NCBI RefSeq assembly: GCF_000025945.1
Contig: NC_006138.1
Location: 510,001 to 542,000 of the forward strand
Reading direction: 5' to 3'
Origin: Desulfotalea psychrophila LSv54
GTDB lineage: Bacteria; Desulfobacterota; Desulfobulbia; Desulfobulbales; Desulfocapsaceae
DNA: 32,000 bases
The translations under genes were made by a program, and so were the position numbers. The notes under the pieces are model-generated. The model searched no databases. It was given only the letters and a program-made list of their open reading frames with translations, and was not told the origin of the DNA. This document shows, piece after piece, positions 31,409 through 32,000 of this stretch; the first letter of the stretch is position 1; each line of letters starts with the position of its first letter.

Positions 31409-32000
31409 CTATCTATCTGTAAGAGCTACATAGGCACCTAGAGCAATTAAACCCGTACCAGTGAAACAACGCTGGCCCATTTGTAACCTAGGCTTTTCCT
31501 GTAGATGTTGGCCAATAGGGCCGGCAAGCATCACAACGATAAAATCAGCGCTTGTATTAAGTATAACGGATAGTGTTCCAAGCAAGAAAAATTGAAGAAA
31601 AACAATGCCATCTGGATTGACAAATTGTGGGATAAAGGCTAGGAAAAACAGTGCTGTCTTAGGATTGAGGGCTTCAACAATAATGCCTTGCCGAAAAGCA
31701 TATTTTGGGCCCATCTTTTTAGGATTTTCAGTATTAGGTAAAGCTGTTGAACTCAATAATGTTTTGAGTCCTAAATAAACTAAATATGCGGCACCTAAAT
31801 ATTTGACAATATTAAATGCCAGTGCTGAAGCAGCTAAAATAACGGATAAGCCCAGAGCCGCAGCTAAAACATGAAACATGCCACCAAAAGCTGTTCCCAA
31901 ACTAGAATAAATTCCTTCCGTTTGACCACCTTTAAGACTCCGAGTCATAACATAAAAGATACCAGGACCAGGAGTAACAGCTAAAACCGTTGCAGCTATG
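31409..32000 (-). CDS. LysE/RhtB-family amino-acid exporter (5' end runs off the window)
   Basis: The track ORF starts at an internal Met (31948). The frame stays open to 32000 and reads ...AATVLAVTPGPGIFYVMTRSLKGG..., the conserved N-terminal LysE motif. Confidence 0.85.
   Translation of the reverse strand, partial: IAATVLAVTPGPGIFYVMTRSLKGGQTEGIYSSLGTAFGGMFHVLAAALGLSVILAASALAFNIVKYLGAAYLVYLGLKTLLSSTALPNTENPKKMGPKYAFRQGIIVEALNPKTALFFLAFIPQFVNPDGIVFLQFFLLGTLSVILNTSADFIVVMLAGPIGQHLQEKPRLQMGQRCFTGTGLIALGAYVALTDR

Noticed and set aside
1-32000. Mobile elements, CRISPR arrays, tRNA or rRNA genes
   Set aside because: I saw no transposase or integrase-like ORF, no terminal inverted repeats flanking the tandem array, no short regularly spaced direct repeats and no tRNA-like cloverleaf candidates.

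Overview
The window looks like chromosomal DNA of about 45-50% GC by eye. It makes heavy use of sigma-54, TRAP transporters and c-type cytochromes. That fits a Desulfobulbaceae-like anaerobe, but this is a guess I cannot verify.

Layout:
- **1-2391:** the 5' end of an FdhF-like molybdopterin oxidoreductase behind a sigma-54 promoter, divergent from an AcoR-like sigma-54 activator gene.
- **2441-14622:** three tandem, reverse-strand copies of one ancestral sigma-54-driven operon, each decayed differently.
  - Unit B is complete. It carries a three-component HcnCAB/opine-dehydrogenase-like flavoenzyme, RidA and TRAP dctQMP.
  - Unit A keeps the promoter, a 27-codon RidA tail scar and dctQMP. Its dctM carries a compensated frameshift.
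  - Unit C keeps the promoter, a fused scar (FAD-oxidoreductase 5' end joined to dctM 3' end) and an orphan dctP.
  - All three units keep the same -24/-12 promoter and a bipartite upstream element.
- **14753-18069:** a SprT/DUF2786 protein and a dCache methyl-accepting chemotaxis protein.
- **18125-24001:** an operon of MTH1187-family, PurM-like and methyltransferase genes, divergent from a TPP-riboswitch-controlled operon of thiM plus a ThiZXY-like ABC importer.
- **24093-31246:** a co-directional redox cluster that I rank as the best candidate for an undescribed system. It holds an intact GltS-like FMN/[3Fe-4S] protein with a zinc ribbon, translationally coupled to a fusion of four transmembrane helices with a dihaem cytochrome c. 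Next come a degenerate GltS-like paralogue that has lost its catalytic and cluster motifs, a DedA-disulfide-reductase fusion and a secreted DUF547 protein. Both GltS-like paralogues sit behind a leader containing a 43-nt block that is identical in the two copies.
- **31409-32000:** a partial LysE-family exporter gene.

I saw no rRNA, tRNA, CRISPR, transposase or integrase. The ORF track renders GTG and TTG starts as M, so I trimmed several N-termini to the ATG or GTG that has a Shine-Dalgarno (SD) sequence.
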